Positions 9,585 through 19,998 are shown, counted from the stretch's first letter. The stretch: 64,000 bases of DNA from Myxococcota bacterium (GCA_036012755.1 DASCPX010000183.1:21866-85865), one strand, 5' to 3'. Numbers and translations are program-made. The notes: generated by a model not told the origin, from the letters alone.

Positions 9585-10396
9585 GTATCCGCGATCGTGC
9601 AAGGACCGGGCTGCAGGCGCTGCCTCGAAGACTCAGGCGGCGACTGGGTTCCCGCGGCATACGACGCGAGGACATCGAGCTCCAGAGCCTCGTCGGCTAC
9701 CGCATCGCCGGCACCATCTGGAGAGCCCCCGGGGCCAGGACCGCGATCATCCTGACGCCGGGAACCAACGACCCCGGGAGCGTGTTCGAGGGCTGGACCC
9801 AGCCGGTGAATGCCATGGAGATCGCCAGCCTCGGCTACGTGTGCGCGCACTTCGACCCGGCGGGTCGGGGGAGGAGCTGGGGCGAAGAGGACTACGGCGG
9901 CCCCGAGCACCAGGACGACCTCCGGGTGGTCATCGAGCACCTCCGCCCACAGGTGGAAAGCCTGGGCGTGCTCAGCATCTCGTTGGGAATCGCGATGGCG
10001 GCGGGAGCCCTGACAGAGGACCTCGGCGTCGACTGGCTGCTGGACTGGGAGGGCCCCTGTGATCGCGAGATCATCTGCGCGGGCGGTCGCATGATGGCCC
10101 CGGCGCTGGGCCACGACCTCGAGGACGACACCTACTGGTGCCCGCGCGAGGCGGTCGTCCACGTCCCGAGGCTCCGCTGCGGCTACGTGCGCGTCCAGTC
10201 CAGCCGCGACCACGCTCAGCCCGGCGAGCTGCGTCATGCCACCCGCATGATCGAGGCGGCCGCCGGCGGAGATCTCCCCTTCTTTCATCTCAACGAGCAC
10301 GGCGACGGGGTCGTGCCCGAAGAACCCGACTGGTACGCTCCCGGGCGCGCAGTCGCGAACCGGACCCTGCTTGGCTGGGTACAGAGGTTGACATGA
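9581..10396 (+). CDS. Alpha/beta hydrolase (CocE/NonD-like)
   Basis: FDPAGRGRSWG and nucleophile elbow LSISLG. GTGA overlap. Confidence 0.65.
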   Translation: MSIRDRARTGLQALPRRLRRRLGSRGIRREDIELQSLVGYRIAGTIWRAPGARTAIILTPGTNDPGSVFEGWTQPVNAMEIASLGYVCAHFDPAGRGRSWGEEDYGGPEHQDDLRVVIEHLRPQVESLGVLSISLGIAMAAGALTEDLGVDWLLDWEGPCDREIICAGGRMMAPALGHDLEDDTYWCPREAVVHVPRLRCGYVRVQSSRDHAQPGELRHATRMIEAAAGGDLPFFHLNEHGDGVVPEEPDWYAPGRAVANRTLLGWVQRLT

Positions 10397-10866
10397 TGCT
10401 CTGGCTCCTCACATCGCTCGCGCTCGCTGGCGCGCGCAGTCTGGACATGACCCTGCAGGTGGACGGGGTGGCGATCTCCGAAGGCAGCTACGTGCTGCCG
10501 ACCCAGCCCGAGAGCGTCGAGTTCGACGTCGAGGGAGCGCCGCACCTCGCCACCGCGACCTTCGAGAGCCGACACGACACGGTGCGTGTGCACATCCGCG
10601 TCGACGAGCTCAAGGGCAAGAAGCGCAAGCCCTCCGAGGTGACCGCGCTGGAGCTCACGCTCTACGAGGACTACCCCGGCGTCCTGGACCGCAGCGTCGA
10701 GGGCAGCGCCTACAAGCTCGAGGCGGTCTGGACCGACACCAACCCGAAGAAGACACGCCTCGAGGTGCCCCCGGTCCCGCCGGAGGCGCTCGAGGCCCCG
10801 CCCGCAGGGGAGACACCGGAGGCCCCGCCCGCAGGGGAGACACCGGCCGAGGAGCCAGCCGGCTGA
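10393..10866 (+). CDS. Hypothetical secreted protein, Pro/Glu-rich tail
   Basis: Short signal MMLWLLTSLALA, ATGA overlap, coding-like GC3. Confidence 0.65.
   Translation: MMLWLLTSLALAGARSLDMTLQVDGVAISEGSYVLPTQPESVEFDVEGAPHLATATFESRHDTVRVHIRVDELKGKKRKPSEVTALELTLYEDYPGVLDRSVEGSAYKLEAVWTDTNPKKTRLEVPPVPPEALEAPPAGETPEAPPAGETPAEEPAG
10792..10845 (+). repeat. 27-bp perfect tandem repeat x2 (EAPPAGETP)
   Basis: GAGGCCCCGCCCGCAGGGGAGACACCG twice. Confidence 0.9.
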
Positions 10867-10868
10867 CC

Positions 10869-12852
10869 GTGCTCCTCCTCGTCGCTGCTGCCCTGGCTCA
10901 GGAGCCCGAGGGCCAACCCATCGACGAGGTCGTCGAGCGCACCGCCACGGCCTTCGAGGAGTCGCGGGTCCTGCGGGTCGTCCCGGCGGTGCTCGATGAG
11001 CTGCAGGTCAAGGAGCTCGTGCCCATCCTGCGCGAGGTCGAGACCAGGGACGACAAGGACGTCCGGGACTACATCCTCCTGTCCCGGCTGTACAGGCACC
11101 TCGACGAGCCAGACCAGGCCGTCAGGGCGCTGTCGGAGGGAGGCCTTGAGCCTCGAACCCGACAACGCCCAGCTCCGCATCGAGTACGCCTACGCCCTGC
11201 TGGAGAAGGGGGAGCTGGAGGAGGCCCGCGCCAGCGCGCGTGAGGGCGTGCTGCTCGACGAGTCACAGATCCGCGTCGCCACCGTCTACGCCGCCGCGCT
11301 GGGGTGGCCCTGGCCCTTTCTCGGCGCCAGCCTCGGCTCGATCTGGATCGCCGGGCTGCTGGGCTGGCGACGTCACCGGGGCGTCTCGGCCTGGATCGGC
11401 CGCACGGATGGAATCGCCGGGAGTCGGCACATCCTCCCGGCCCTGGCTCTCTGCGTCAGCGTCTCGCTCGGGCTGCAGTTCCTCTTCACCGCCCACAAGG
11501 TGGCCTTCGTGCTGCTGTCGTCCTGGGCGATCCTCAGCGCGGCATGGCTCGTCTTCGATCCCTTCCGCGAGCCGCTCGGACGCGCGGCCCGGGCCGTCGG
11601 CGGCTCTCTCTCCCGGCTCGCCACGGGGCGCCTCGGGGCTCCGCTGTCACGGCTGCCCCCCGGGACCCAGGTGCTGTTGCTCCTGGCCAGCGCCTTCTTC
11701 CTCGTGTCGGTGGCGCCCTTCATCGAAAACGCGGATCTGCGGCTCGTCGCGATCTTCCTCGGCGGGATGCTGTTCTTCTCCACCCTCGGCGGGATCATCC
11801 TGCGCCTGCTCGGACGCTCCGCCAGCCTGCGCCGTAGCCTGCGATGGCTGGCTCTCGGCGGCACGCTGCCCTTCCTGGTCTTCTTCGTCTACGCCGAGCA
11901 CGAGTCCATCCGCGTCTCCATCCAGTCAGCAGAGGCGCTCAGCAGCGCCGCGGCCGATCGCCTGGTCGGCTACCTCGTCGTCTGGGGCATCGGCGCGCTG
12001 CTCGCGCTGCTGCTCGCAGGCATCATCAGCCGCAGCATCCTCGACCCGGTGCGCAGCATCCTCAGCGCCGTCGAGGCGGTTCGGGCCGGCGACCTGGGGT
12101 CCCGCACACAGGTCGATCGTAGAGACGAGATCGGCACGCTGGCCGGTGCGGTCGACGAGATGGCGGCGGGACTGGCCGAGCGGCGCCGCATCGAGCAGAC
12201 CTTCCGCCAGTACGTCGCCGGCGCGGTCGCCGAGCGCTTGATCGCCGGGGACACCCTGGTCTCGGAGCCTCGCCGTGTGCACGCGGTCGTGCTGTTCTGC
12301 GACGTGCGTGGCTTCACGGCGCTGTCCGAGAAGCTCGAGCCCGAAGACGTCGTCCGCCTCCTCAACGGGGTCTTCGGCCGCATCGCCCCGGTGGTCCGCA
12401 CCTGGGGTGGGGTCGTCGACAAGTTCCTCGGCGACGGCATGATGGCCGTCTGGGGCGTGCCCGAGCCTCTCCGCAAGGGGGCCCACGTGGGGGTCTCGGG
12501 CGAGGAGCTCGCTTCCCGCGCGGCGCTGCAGATGGTGGCCGAGGTGGAGGCGCTCGAGGCCGAGCTCTGACAGCGGGGGCTGCCCGCGATCTCGATCGGT
12601 GTCGGCGTCAACGCCGGCGAGGTCGTCGCCGGTCCCATCGGGAGCACCGAGCGCAAGGAGTACACGGTCATCGGCGACGCGGTGAACACGGCGCAGCGGG
12701 CCGAGTCCCAGGCCCGGGGCGAGGTCGTGCTCACCGAGGCGGTCATCGAGGTGCTCGGTGACCTCGTCGAGGTCGTGCCACGCGATCCTGTGGCGCTGAA
12801 GGGGAAGTCCGAGCCCGTCCTGCTCTACACCCTCACTCGCCTCCGCAGATAG
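10869..12852 (+). pseudogene. TPR-TM-HAMP class III adenylate cyclase, disrupted
   Basis: Frameshift at a GGAG duplication (11135-11142) and an in-frame TGA at 12568-12570. The cyclase motifs GVGVNAGEV...[14 protein letters not shown]...LKGK continue to TAG 12852. Confidence 0.8.
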
Positions 12853-13273
12853 CGGTCTCGGCGTCGCACTCGAAGAGCACGCCCAGGTCGCGGCAGGGGC
12901 CCGTGCCGCTGTCGAGGCAGTCGCCGACGGCGAGCGAGGTGATCGCGTGGCCGTGCCACCAGGCGCAGCGCTCCGCCGGGTCGTAGAGGACCTGGAGCTC
13001 AAAGGTCATCTCCGGGGGCACCTCGATGCAGAACACCCCGCCGACGTTGGCGGTGGTCTCGTTCAGCAGCGTGCAGTCCGTCGGGTCCCAGGCCCGGACC
13101 GCCGCGCTGGGGGCCCCCTGGTTGTCGTAGTCGCGCGCGACTCCGCTCACGCAGGCGTCGTTGGTGCGGCTGTCCTCGTCTTCGCTGTCCTCGTCTTCGC
13201 TGTCCGAGTCGTCCGTCGGCGAGCTGTCCACCGAGTCCTTCGGAGACGTGCAGGCCAGCAGGATCAGGAGCAT
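12833..13273 (-). CDS. Small Cys-rich lipoprotein
   Basis: MLLILLA-C lipobox, acidic linker, several Cys. Confidence 0.65.
   Translation of the reverse strand: MLLILLACTSPKDSVDSSPTDDSDSEDEDSEDEDSRTNDACVSGVARDYDNQGAPSAAVRAWDPTDCTLLNETTANVGGVFCIEVPPEMTFELQVLYDPAERCAWWHGHAITSLAVGDCLDSGTGPCRDLGVLFECDAETAICGGE
13169..13205 (-). repeat. 15-bp tandem repeat, about 2.5 copies (EDEDS)
   Basis: GCTGTCCTCGTCTTC twice plus a partial copy. Confidence 0.8.
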
Positions 13274-13280
13274 GTGGACA

Positions 13281-14504
13281 TCATGGATCACCCACCCGGT
13301 GGATGGCACCGTGACCGAGGCTCTCCTTGGTTCCGGTGACCTCGACCAACGGGTCGAGCACGAAGACCGCGCCGCCCTCGCTCCTCACCGCCGAGCCGCG
13401 ATGGCCAGCGATGCGTCCCCCCTCCACCGTCGCTCTGGCGGCGTCCTGGCCAAGCAGACCGCAGTCCATGCCCTCGACGATCGTGCAGTCCACCAGGCCC
13501 AGGCGGGCCTTGTCGCGGAGCAGCACGCCGTGGCTGGTCATCCTGGAGAGCGTGCACCCTTCTGCGCGCACCTCGGCGTTGTCGGAGATCTCGAGCGCTT
13601 GGAAGGCGCAGCGGTTGACCTCGAAGTCCACGAGCTCGGCGACCGCGTCGTCGTGCACCCAGATCCCACCGGAGTTGGAGCCCTCGAGCAGGCCTCGCTC
13701 GAGCTCGGGCCGGGCGTCTTCGGAGATCTCGATGGACGCCAGCGCCCCCCCCTCGACCTGGATCTCCAGGTAGGTCCCCTTGCTCTGGCCGTGCAGGAAG
13801 AGACCGCTGGCTCCGCTGTCGCGCACCAGGAAGCCGTCGATGGTCGGGTCCGCGTCGCCCGTCACCTCGAGGGCAGCCAGGCCGCAGTGCAGGGCCGCGC
13901 AGCCGTGCAGCCGGGGCTTCGCGTTGCCGTGGATGAAGAAGGCCCCCCGTCCCGCGGCAGCCACGGTCACGCCGACCAGGGTGGGGGCGGCGTCGGCTCC
14001 GACCTCGACCCCCGCCATCTGGCCGGCCGCGATCGCGCAGGCGCTGACGGTGCCGCGGGCCTCTCCCGTGAAGAAGAGCCCAGAGCCCGAAGCGGTGATC
14101 TTGAGGTCCTCTGCGATCGGCGCTGCTTTGTCCTGCACCGAGAGCCCGATGGCGCAGCGCTCGGCGCGAACCCTGTTGATGCGTGGGGTGACCTCCCACC
14201 CGCAGGCGATCGCCGTTCCGCCGACAGACAGCTCCAGGTCTTCCAGCGTCGGGCTGCCGGCCTTGACGACGATGCCGTGGTGGTCGTTCTCCACGCGAAG
14301 ACCCGTGATGGTCGCGTCGGCCCTGATGGCCAGCACCACGGGCTCCTTGCCACGGAGCACGCCGCCCCTGATGGTCACGGCCTTGGTCACGATCGTCATC
14401 TCGACGATGTGGACGCCTTCGAGCTGCAGGACGTCGCCTTCGGCCGCGGCGGCCAGGCCAGCCTCGAGATTGGGCACATCGCCGGGTACGGTCCAGGTCT
14501 TCAT
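13281..14504 (-). CDS. Right-handed parallel beta-helix repeat protein
   Basis: Regular ~23-aa repeats of the type GLFFTGEARG / GVEVGADAAP / ALEVTGDADP. Confidence 0.75.
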   Translation of the reverse strand: MKTWTVPGDVPNLEAGLAAAAEGDVLQLEGVHIVEMTIVTKAVTIRGGVLRGKEPVVLAIRADATITGLRVENDHHGIVVKAGSPTLEDLELSVGGTAIACGWEVTPRINRVRAERCAIGLSVQDKAAPIAEDLKITASGSGLFFTGEARGTVSACAIAAGQMAGVEVGADAAPTLVGVTVAAAGRGAFFIHGNAKPRLHGCAALHCGLAALEVTGDADPTIDGFLVRDSGASGLFLHGQSKGTYLEIQVEGGALASIEISEDARPELERGLLEGSNSGGIWVHDDAVAELVDFEVNRCAFQALEISDNAEVRAEGCTLSRMTSHGVLLRDKARLGLVDCTIVEGMDCGLLGQDAARATVEGGRIAGHRGSAVRSEGGAVFVLDPLVEVTGTKESLGHGAIHRVGDP

Positions 14505-14511
14505 CGCGTCC

Positions 14512-15528
14512 TCAGGTGTCGGCGATGACGCGTGGGTCCCTCACCGATGCTCGGGCCGTCTCTAAGGTGATGATCTCGTCGCGCAACAAGCGACGGATCG
14601 TGTGATCCATGAGACTCATGCCCACGCGCCGCCCGATGGTCATCGCCTGCGGGATGGCCTCGAGCTCGTCGCTCCTGATCGCCTGGCGCACGGACTCCGT
14701 CGAAACCAGGAACTCGCTGGCCAGCACGCGTCCCCCATTCGCCCTCGGCAGGAGGCGTTGGGCATGGATGCCCAGCAGCGTGGTGGCAAGCTGACGGCAG
14801 GCGGCCGGACGGCGACCCTCCGACCAGGCGTCGAGCAGGCACCCGATCGTGTCCTGGACCGTCGCGAAGTGCAGCGTCACGAGCACGAGGTGGCCGGCCT
14901 CTGCTGCCATCATCGCCAGCTGCACGCTCTCCAGGTCGGGCAGATCGGAGAGCGCCAGGACGTCTGCGTCCATGCGCATGGCGAGCTCCAGTCCGCTGGC
15001 GATGTCGGGCACGTCCGGTCCCACCCCCAGGGGAACGACGACGCCGTGCTTGTGGGAGTGGATGCGCTCGACCGGATCCTCGATGCAGACGACGGTGGAC
15101 CGGGTGCGCTGGTTGAGCTGGTCGACGAGGGCGTGGAGCGTGGTCGTGGTCCCCGCCCCGGCGGTCCCGGTCAGGAGCAGGAGCCCCGAAGGTCTCTGGA
15201 GGAGCGCGACGAGGTGAGGGGAGAGGCTGAGCTCGTCTGGGGTCTGGGGTGGGGCGATCACCCGGACGCTCGCACCACTGCGACCCTGGGCCGTGAACAC
15301 CGTCACCCGGAACGTGCCGAGGCCCTCTACGGTGCGCCGAAAGGTCGAGCGGGTCTCGTCCTTGGCGATCTCGGCCACGAAGGCCGCTGTCTCGGTGGAG
15401 TGCAGCGCCGGCGCCCTGAGCAGCTTGATTCGCCCGTCGACGCGCACGGCGGGTGGCGCGCCAGCGTGAACGTGCAGATCGGAGGCTCCCAGCTTCACCG
15501 CCGTCCTGAGCAGCTTCAACACGTCCAT
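14512..15528 (-). CDS. PilT/PilU-family protein with degenerate ATPase motifs
   Basis: ASDLH, IEDPVE, AAEAGHLVLVTLH and AIRS are present. Walker A is GTAGAGTTT (no Lys); Walker B is LALSDL. Confidence 0.82.
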   Translation of the reverse strand: MDVLKLLRTAVKLGASDLHVHAGAPPAVRVDGRIKLLRAPALHSTETAAFVAEIAKDETRSTFRRTVEGLGTFRVTVFTAQGRSGASVRVIAPPQTPDELSLSPHLVALLQRPSGLLLLTGTAGAGTTTTLHALVDQLNQRTRSTVVCIEDPVERIHSHKHGVVVPLGVGPDVPDIASGLELAMRMDADVLALSDLPDLESVQLAMMAAEAGHLVLVTLHFATVQDTIGCLLDAWSEGRRPAACRQLATTLLGIHAQRLLPRANGGRVLASEFLVSTESVRQAIRSDELEAIPQAMTIGRRVGMSLMDHTIRRLLRDEIITLETARASVRDPRVIADT

Positions 15529-15565
15529 CGAGCCGATGCTATCTCGGCTGTGGCAGCCTGGGTGC

Positions 15566-17674
15566 ATGTGGCTGCTCGTCGTCCTGTCCTGTCGCGAGAA
15601 CATCGGCATCGCCGATGTCGGCTCGGGCGAGGGAGAGCCCTGCGAGGATCACGAGACCTGCGCCAGCGGGCTGGTCTGCGCCCACGACGGAACCTGCCAG
15701 GTCGAAGACAGCCCAGGGACCTACGCCATCGGCGAGGAATGCCTCCACGCAGAGGAGTGCCAGCTGGGCCTGATCTGCGACTCCGACGGACAGTGCGCCG
15801 AGCCTGGCGCCGAGGGCACCGGACAGGCGGACGACGCCTGCGAGGACGACGGGGACTGCGCGCTGGGACTGGTCTGCTCGGACGGGCTCTGCGAGGACCT
15901 CGGCGTGCCCTACTGGGAGGGCGTCACGTGCGAGGCGGACTCGGGCGACTTCCGCATCTACACCGAGGTCCCGAGCCTGCCCGAGGAAGACACCATCGAG
16001 TTCTACCGGATGCCCTTCGCCTCCGACGCGCGTGTCGACGGAGATGGCCACCTCGAGCTCTCCGGCCACAGCTCTCCTGGAGGCGCGGTCGACTCCTGGC
16101 TCGCGGCCGCCCTGCGACCCTCCGACCTGGGACTCACGCCCACGGTGTTGTTTCGAGCCAGCGGTCGCCTGGACACGGACAGCGTGCGTGGTCTCTCCGA
16201 CGACGACACCCTGTCGATGGCCGACCTCGACCAGAGCTCAGAGGACTACGGCTTTCGAGGCAGCTTCACCTGGCGTGTGAGCCCGGGACGCGGCCGCTAC
16301 CACTGCGAGAACTGGATCGGGGTCCAGACCTTCCCGGGTGTGCCGCTGGCCGCTGACGGCAGCTACGGCGTCTGGCTCACCAGCGGGGTCCAGAGCGCCA
16401 CCGGCGAGTCGGCTTCCCGAGACGAGGATCTCGACGCGCTGCTCTCGGAGGAGACCCCCACCGACGCCCGCCTGCTCGTCGCGTGGAATGCGTGGTCCCC
16501 GCTCCGCGACTTCTTCTCTCGCAACGGGGTCGACCCCGACACGGTCGTCGGGGCGGCGGTGCTCAGCACTGGGAATCCCGCCGCTCGGGTCCGCTCCATC
16601 GAGGACCGGCTCGAGGGCGAGGCCGTCTCCTCGGACTTCCCCGAGCTGGTCGACTGCGCCTCCAGTCCTTGCGAAGGGGGCTGCGCAGACGACGTCACGG
16701 AGCTCCATGGGCAGCTCGCACTGCCGATCTTCCAGGACGAGGCCGGCGCCTGGGACTGGGACACCTTCGGAAACCCCTACCTGCGCGGCGAGGAGCTGGC
16801 CTGCGTCGCCATGACGACCCCTGGAGCTGGCGAGGACTGGCCTGTCGTCGTGGTCGTCCAGGACGAGGGCGCCGGCTTCCGGGACTGGATCGACACGGGG
16901 CTGGCCAGGGAGCTGGCGGAGGCTGGCTTCGCGGCGATCAGCGTCGAGCTGCCCCACCACGGCACCCGCGGTCGAGGGGACGGCAGCCTCTACGACCTCG
17001 AGGATCCGGAGCGTTGGCTCGGCGATCGGCTCCAGCTGGTCGCGGACCTCGTCCAGCTCTCGCGAGTCCTGGAGGGGCGCGAAGTCCACGCCGTCGGTCA
17101 TGGCGTCGGCGGTGAGATCGCGCTGGGCTGGGCATCGACCCGGCGGGACGTGTCCACGCTGGTCGTCGGCGGAGTTGGGGGCGGGCTCACGGACCGCCTG
17201 CTCGAGGTGGAGCGCGACGGGGTGCCCGTCCACTACAGGCTCCAGGTCATGCTCGCGGACTCCAAGCTCGGCAGCTACCACCCGATGCTGGCGCTGATGC
17301 AGTACGTGCAGGAGCGTGCCGATCCCCTCGTTTGGGCCGAGGACGTCTGGAAGAACCCCCCCACCGCGACCGAACCCAGCCACGTGCTCCATCTCTACGG
17401 CGCCGAGGACGAGGTGGTCGGCGCCCCGGCTCAGCAAGCCCTGCAGCGGGCCCTCGGCCTCCCCACGCTGGAGCCGGTGTTGGTGGACTTCGAGCAGTCC
17501 ACTGTTACCGGCTCCGCCTCGCGCAACCTGCTGAACGACCGCGGTGATCGCATCACCGGCGCGTCGGTGCAGCTCGACGCGGGCCACGACGCGATCTGGT
17601 CCGACGAAGGACGTGACTACGTCGTGCGCTTCCTGGCGTCCTCGCTCGAGGCGGACGAGCCGACGATCGAGTGA
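15566..17674 (+). CDS. Lipoprotein: Cys-rich repeats plus alpha/beta-hydrolase-like domain (degenerate)
   Basis: MWLLVVLS-C; three C-x5-C-x-x-GL-x-C repeats; ELPHHGTR; GHGVGG in place of GHSxG. Confidence 0.75.
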   Translation: MWLLVVLSCRENIGIADVGSGEGEPCEDHETCASGLVCAHDGTCQVEDSPGTYAIGEECLHAEECQLGLICDSDGQCAEPGAEGTGQADDACEDDGDCALGLVCSDGLCEDLGVPYWEGVTCEADSGDFRIYTEVPSLPEEDTIEFYRMPFASDARVDGDGHLELSGHSSPGGAVDSWLAAALRPSDLGLTPTVLFRASGRLDTDSVRGLSDDDTLSMADLDQSSEDYGFRGSFTWRVSPGRGRYHCENWIGVQTFPGVPLAADGSYGVWLTSGVQSATGESASRDEDLDALLSEETPTDARLLVAWNAWSPLRDFFSRNGVDPDTVVGAAVLSTGNPAARVRSIEDRLEGEAVSSDFPELVDCASSPCEGGCADDVTELHGQLALPIFQDEAGAWDWDTFGNPYLRGEELACVAMTTPGAGEDWPVVVVVQDEGAGFRDWIDTGLARELAEAGFAAISVELPHHGTRGRGDGSLYDLEDPERWLGDRLQLVADLVQLSRVLEGREVHAVGHGVGGEIALGWASTRRDVSTLVVGGVGGGLTDRLLEVERDGVPVHYRLQVMLADSKLGSYHPMLALMQYVQERADPLVWAEDVWKNPPTATEPSHVLHLYGAEDEVVGAPAQQALQRALGLPTLEPVLVDFEQSTVTGSASRNLLNDRGDRITGASVQLDAGHDAIWSDEGRDYVVRFLASSLEADEPTIE

Positions 17675-17675
17675 G

Positions 17676-17972
17676 TCACTGCCCGAGCTTGGGCGGCGGT
17701 GTCAGGCCGATGCCCCCACCCGCGCCGGGCCCGCCGAGCTGAGGGGGTCCTCCACCCAGGGTAGGCGCTCCGGTGGTCCCGCCGAGCTGTGGTGGGGTAC
17801 CCAGGGTCGGGGCTCCGGTCGAGGTCGTCGCGGGTGGGACCTCGTCGGGCACCTCGGGTGCCACCTCCGTGACCTCCTCGAGCACGATCTCCTCTTCCTC
17901 GACCGGTGGGGGCGTCGGCTCGGGTGTCGCCTCTTCGGAACAGGCGAGGATCGCAGCAAAAAGCAGGCTCAT
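17676..17972 (-). CDS. Small Pro/Gly-rich lipoprotein
   Basis: MSLLFAAILA-C, TGATG overlap with the upstream stop, P(T/Q/K)LG repeats. Confidence 0.6.
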   Translation of the reverse strand: MSLLFAAILACSEEATPEPTPPPVEEEEIVLEEVTEVAPEVPDEVPPATTSTGAPTLGTPPQLGGTTGAPTLGGGPPQLGGPGAGGGIGLTPPPKLGQ

Positions 17973-19993
17973 CAGTGCTCCTTCAGCCGACAAGGTAGCC
18001 CGACCATCTCCGGACTACCCGACAAGGGATCGACATCCTCGGTTCCGACGACCTCTCCGACCTCGACGGACCAGCCCCACGGCACGACCACACCGATGGG
18101 ATGGACGTCCTCGTCGAGGACGACGCGTCCCGACACGGAGCCGTGTGCGGTCTCCAGGACCACGGAGGCGCCGCCTTTGAGTCCGAGATCCGGGTGGACC
18201 CGGATCCCAGGCTCCACCGCGTCCGCGGACCGATAGCGCCAGCCCTTGCCGCCAGCCCAGGTGATGGCCGTCGTCAGGCGGAGTGGGTAGGCATCGGAGA
18301 TCGGCGGCGGGTCGAGGTCGCGGATGATCTCGCCGATCGGTGCAGGGGCCAGGTTCAGGCGCTCGTCGTCGTCGGCGGGTCGCCAGCCGGCGCGGTCGGT
18401 CTCCCCAGCGTCGAGTCCGCTCGGCATCTTCTCGAGCGTCGCCCGATCCGGCAGCCCGGACCAGTCCAGCGCCTGGTCGATCCAGGCGTCGAGGTCCGCG
18501 CCCCCGAGGAACCGACCCAGGAGCCTGAGGTGCCCGCCCCACTCGCCGCCTCTGAGCGGCGGCGCCGCGGCCTCCAGGAGGTCCCCGAGGATGGCGGCGA
18601 CATCGCGGGCCTGCCCGTGCGGAGGGAGCAGCGCCGGGGTGGCCTGGGTGTAGCGGCTGGGCAGGCTGGATGTATCCAGCAGGTGGAGGTCGGCCCGCTC
18701 CCAGAAGTGGGTGCTCGGCAGGATCCAGTCGGCTCGCGCGGTCGTGGCGCCGGGCATGGAGTCGATGGCGACGAGGAGCTCGAGGGCTTCGAAGGCGGCC
18801 CCGGTCCTCTCGGGATCCGGGAGCTCGGTGAGGGGGCAGCCGTCCACGCAGACCAGCGCCCTGACGGGGGTCGAGCTCTGGAGGATCTCCTCGGCCAGGG
18901 CGGTGCCGGGGAGCTGGGCCAAGAGCGCCTTGAAGCCGCGCACACTGCTCGCTGGCGCGCCAGAGGTCGGGAAGCTCCCCAGGATCGCGCTCAGATCCAC
19001 GAGTCCACCGGTCTCGTACAGCCCGCCTGGGCGGAGCAGGTTCGCCGTGACCGCTGCGTGCACGAGCCAGGCCCAGCTGGCCACCGTGCCGTGCCTGGAC
19101 TGGGTCAGGGTGGGGGATGCAACGACGCAGCCCATGGCCGACCGCCCGAACTTCAGGCCGACGCCTGCGAGCACCTCGACGTCGATTCCGCAGATCTCCG
19201 CGCAGCGAGCTGGCGTCCACGGTTCGAGCCACTCGAGCGCCTGGTCGAAGCCGCGGGTGTAGTCGGAGACGTACTGCTTGTCGATCCAGCGGTTCTCGAG
19301 CGTCGCGCTTGCGAGCCCGAGCATGTAGAAGACCTCTGTCCCGGGTCGGACCTGGATGAAGGAGTCGGCCCCCTCCGCCAGCGCTGTCTTGCGGGAGTCG
19401 ACGACGACGAGCTTGGTGCCCTTGCGGCGGCCGCGGAAATAGCTGAGCGCCTGGTGGTGGACGGTGCCGGCCTGCATCGGGCCCCAGTTGCCCTCCTCCT
19501 GGCCGCCGCCGATGAGGATCGTGTAGTGGCTGCGGCCCACGTCGGCCTGCAGCGCCATCGGCGCGCCCATCACCAGGTCGGTCGCGTAGAGCTTGCTCGC
19601 CCCGTACATCGCGAGCTCGGTGAAGACATTCGGCGTCCCCATCGCGAAGGCGAAGGCGCCCAGTCGCAGCACTCCGGCGTGGTCGTTGGCCAGGGGCCCC
19701 CCGGCATAGAGACCGATCGATCGCGGCCCGTGCTCTCGGCGGAGTCCCTTCAGCGTCGAGGCGATCGCGCACACGGCTTCGTCCCAGGAGACGGGCTGGT
19801 AGCCGGAGCCGACTCGCTTCAGCGGCGTGGCGAGGCGCTCCCGGGGGACGGCGCTGTTTTCGCCGACAGGGCAGAGTGCGCCTGCGCTCTTCGGGTTGGC
19901 TGGATCCCCGCGGAGCGCCGTGATGCGGCCGTCCTGGACCTCGGCGTGGACTCCGCAGAGACCTTCGCAGACGCGGCAATAGCTTGAGATCAT
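17972..19993 (-). CDS. Molybdopterin-dependent oxidoreductase family protein
   Basis: N-terminal CxxCxxxC...C 4Fe-4S motif, RLATPLKR, VSWDEA, ADWILP..HFWER. Confidence 0.82.
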   Translation of the reverse strand: MISSYCRVCEGLCGVHAEVQDGRITALRGDPANPKSAGALCPVGENSAVPRERLATPLKRVGSGYQPVSWDEAVCAIASTLKGLRREHGPRSIGLYAGGPLANDHAGVLRLGAFAFAMGTPNVFTELAMYGASKLYATDLVMGAPMALQADVGRSHYTILIGGGQEEGNWGPMQAGTVHHQALSYFRGRRKGTKLVVVDSRKTALAEGADSFIQVRPGTEVFYMLGLASATLENRWIDKQYVSDYTRGFDQALEWLEPWTPARCAEICGIDVEVLAGVGLKFGRSAMGCVVASPTLTQSRHGTVASWAWLVHAAVTANLLRPGGLYETGGLVDLSAILGSFPTSGAPASSVRGFKALLAQLPGTALAEEILQSSTPVRALVCVDGCPLTELPDPERTGAAFEALELLVAIDSMPGATTARADWILPSTHFWERADLHLLDTSSLPSRYTQATPALLPPHGQARDVAAILGDLLEAAAPPLRGGEWGGHLRLLGRFLGGADLDAWIDQALDWSGLPDRATLEKMPSGLDAGETDRAGWRPADDDERLNLAPAPIGEIIRDLDPPPISDAYPLRLTTAITWAGGKGWRYRSADAVEPGIRVHPDLGLKGGASVVLETAHGSVSGRVVLDEDVHPIGVVVPWGWSVEVGEVVGTEDVDPLSGSPEMVGLPCRLKEH

Positions 19994-19998
19994 TGCGC

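Noticed and set aside
12568..12590. Selenocysteine or readthrough at the in-frame TGA, with a small GC hairpin after it
   Set aside because: The position is not a Cys/catalytic site, the gene has an independent frameshift, and TGA is the normal stop throughout the window.
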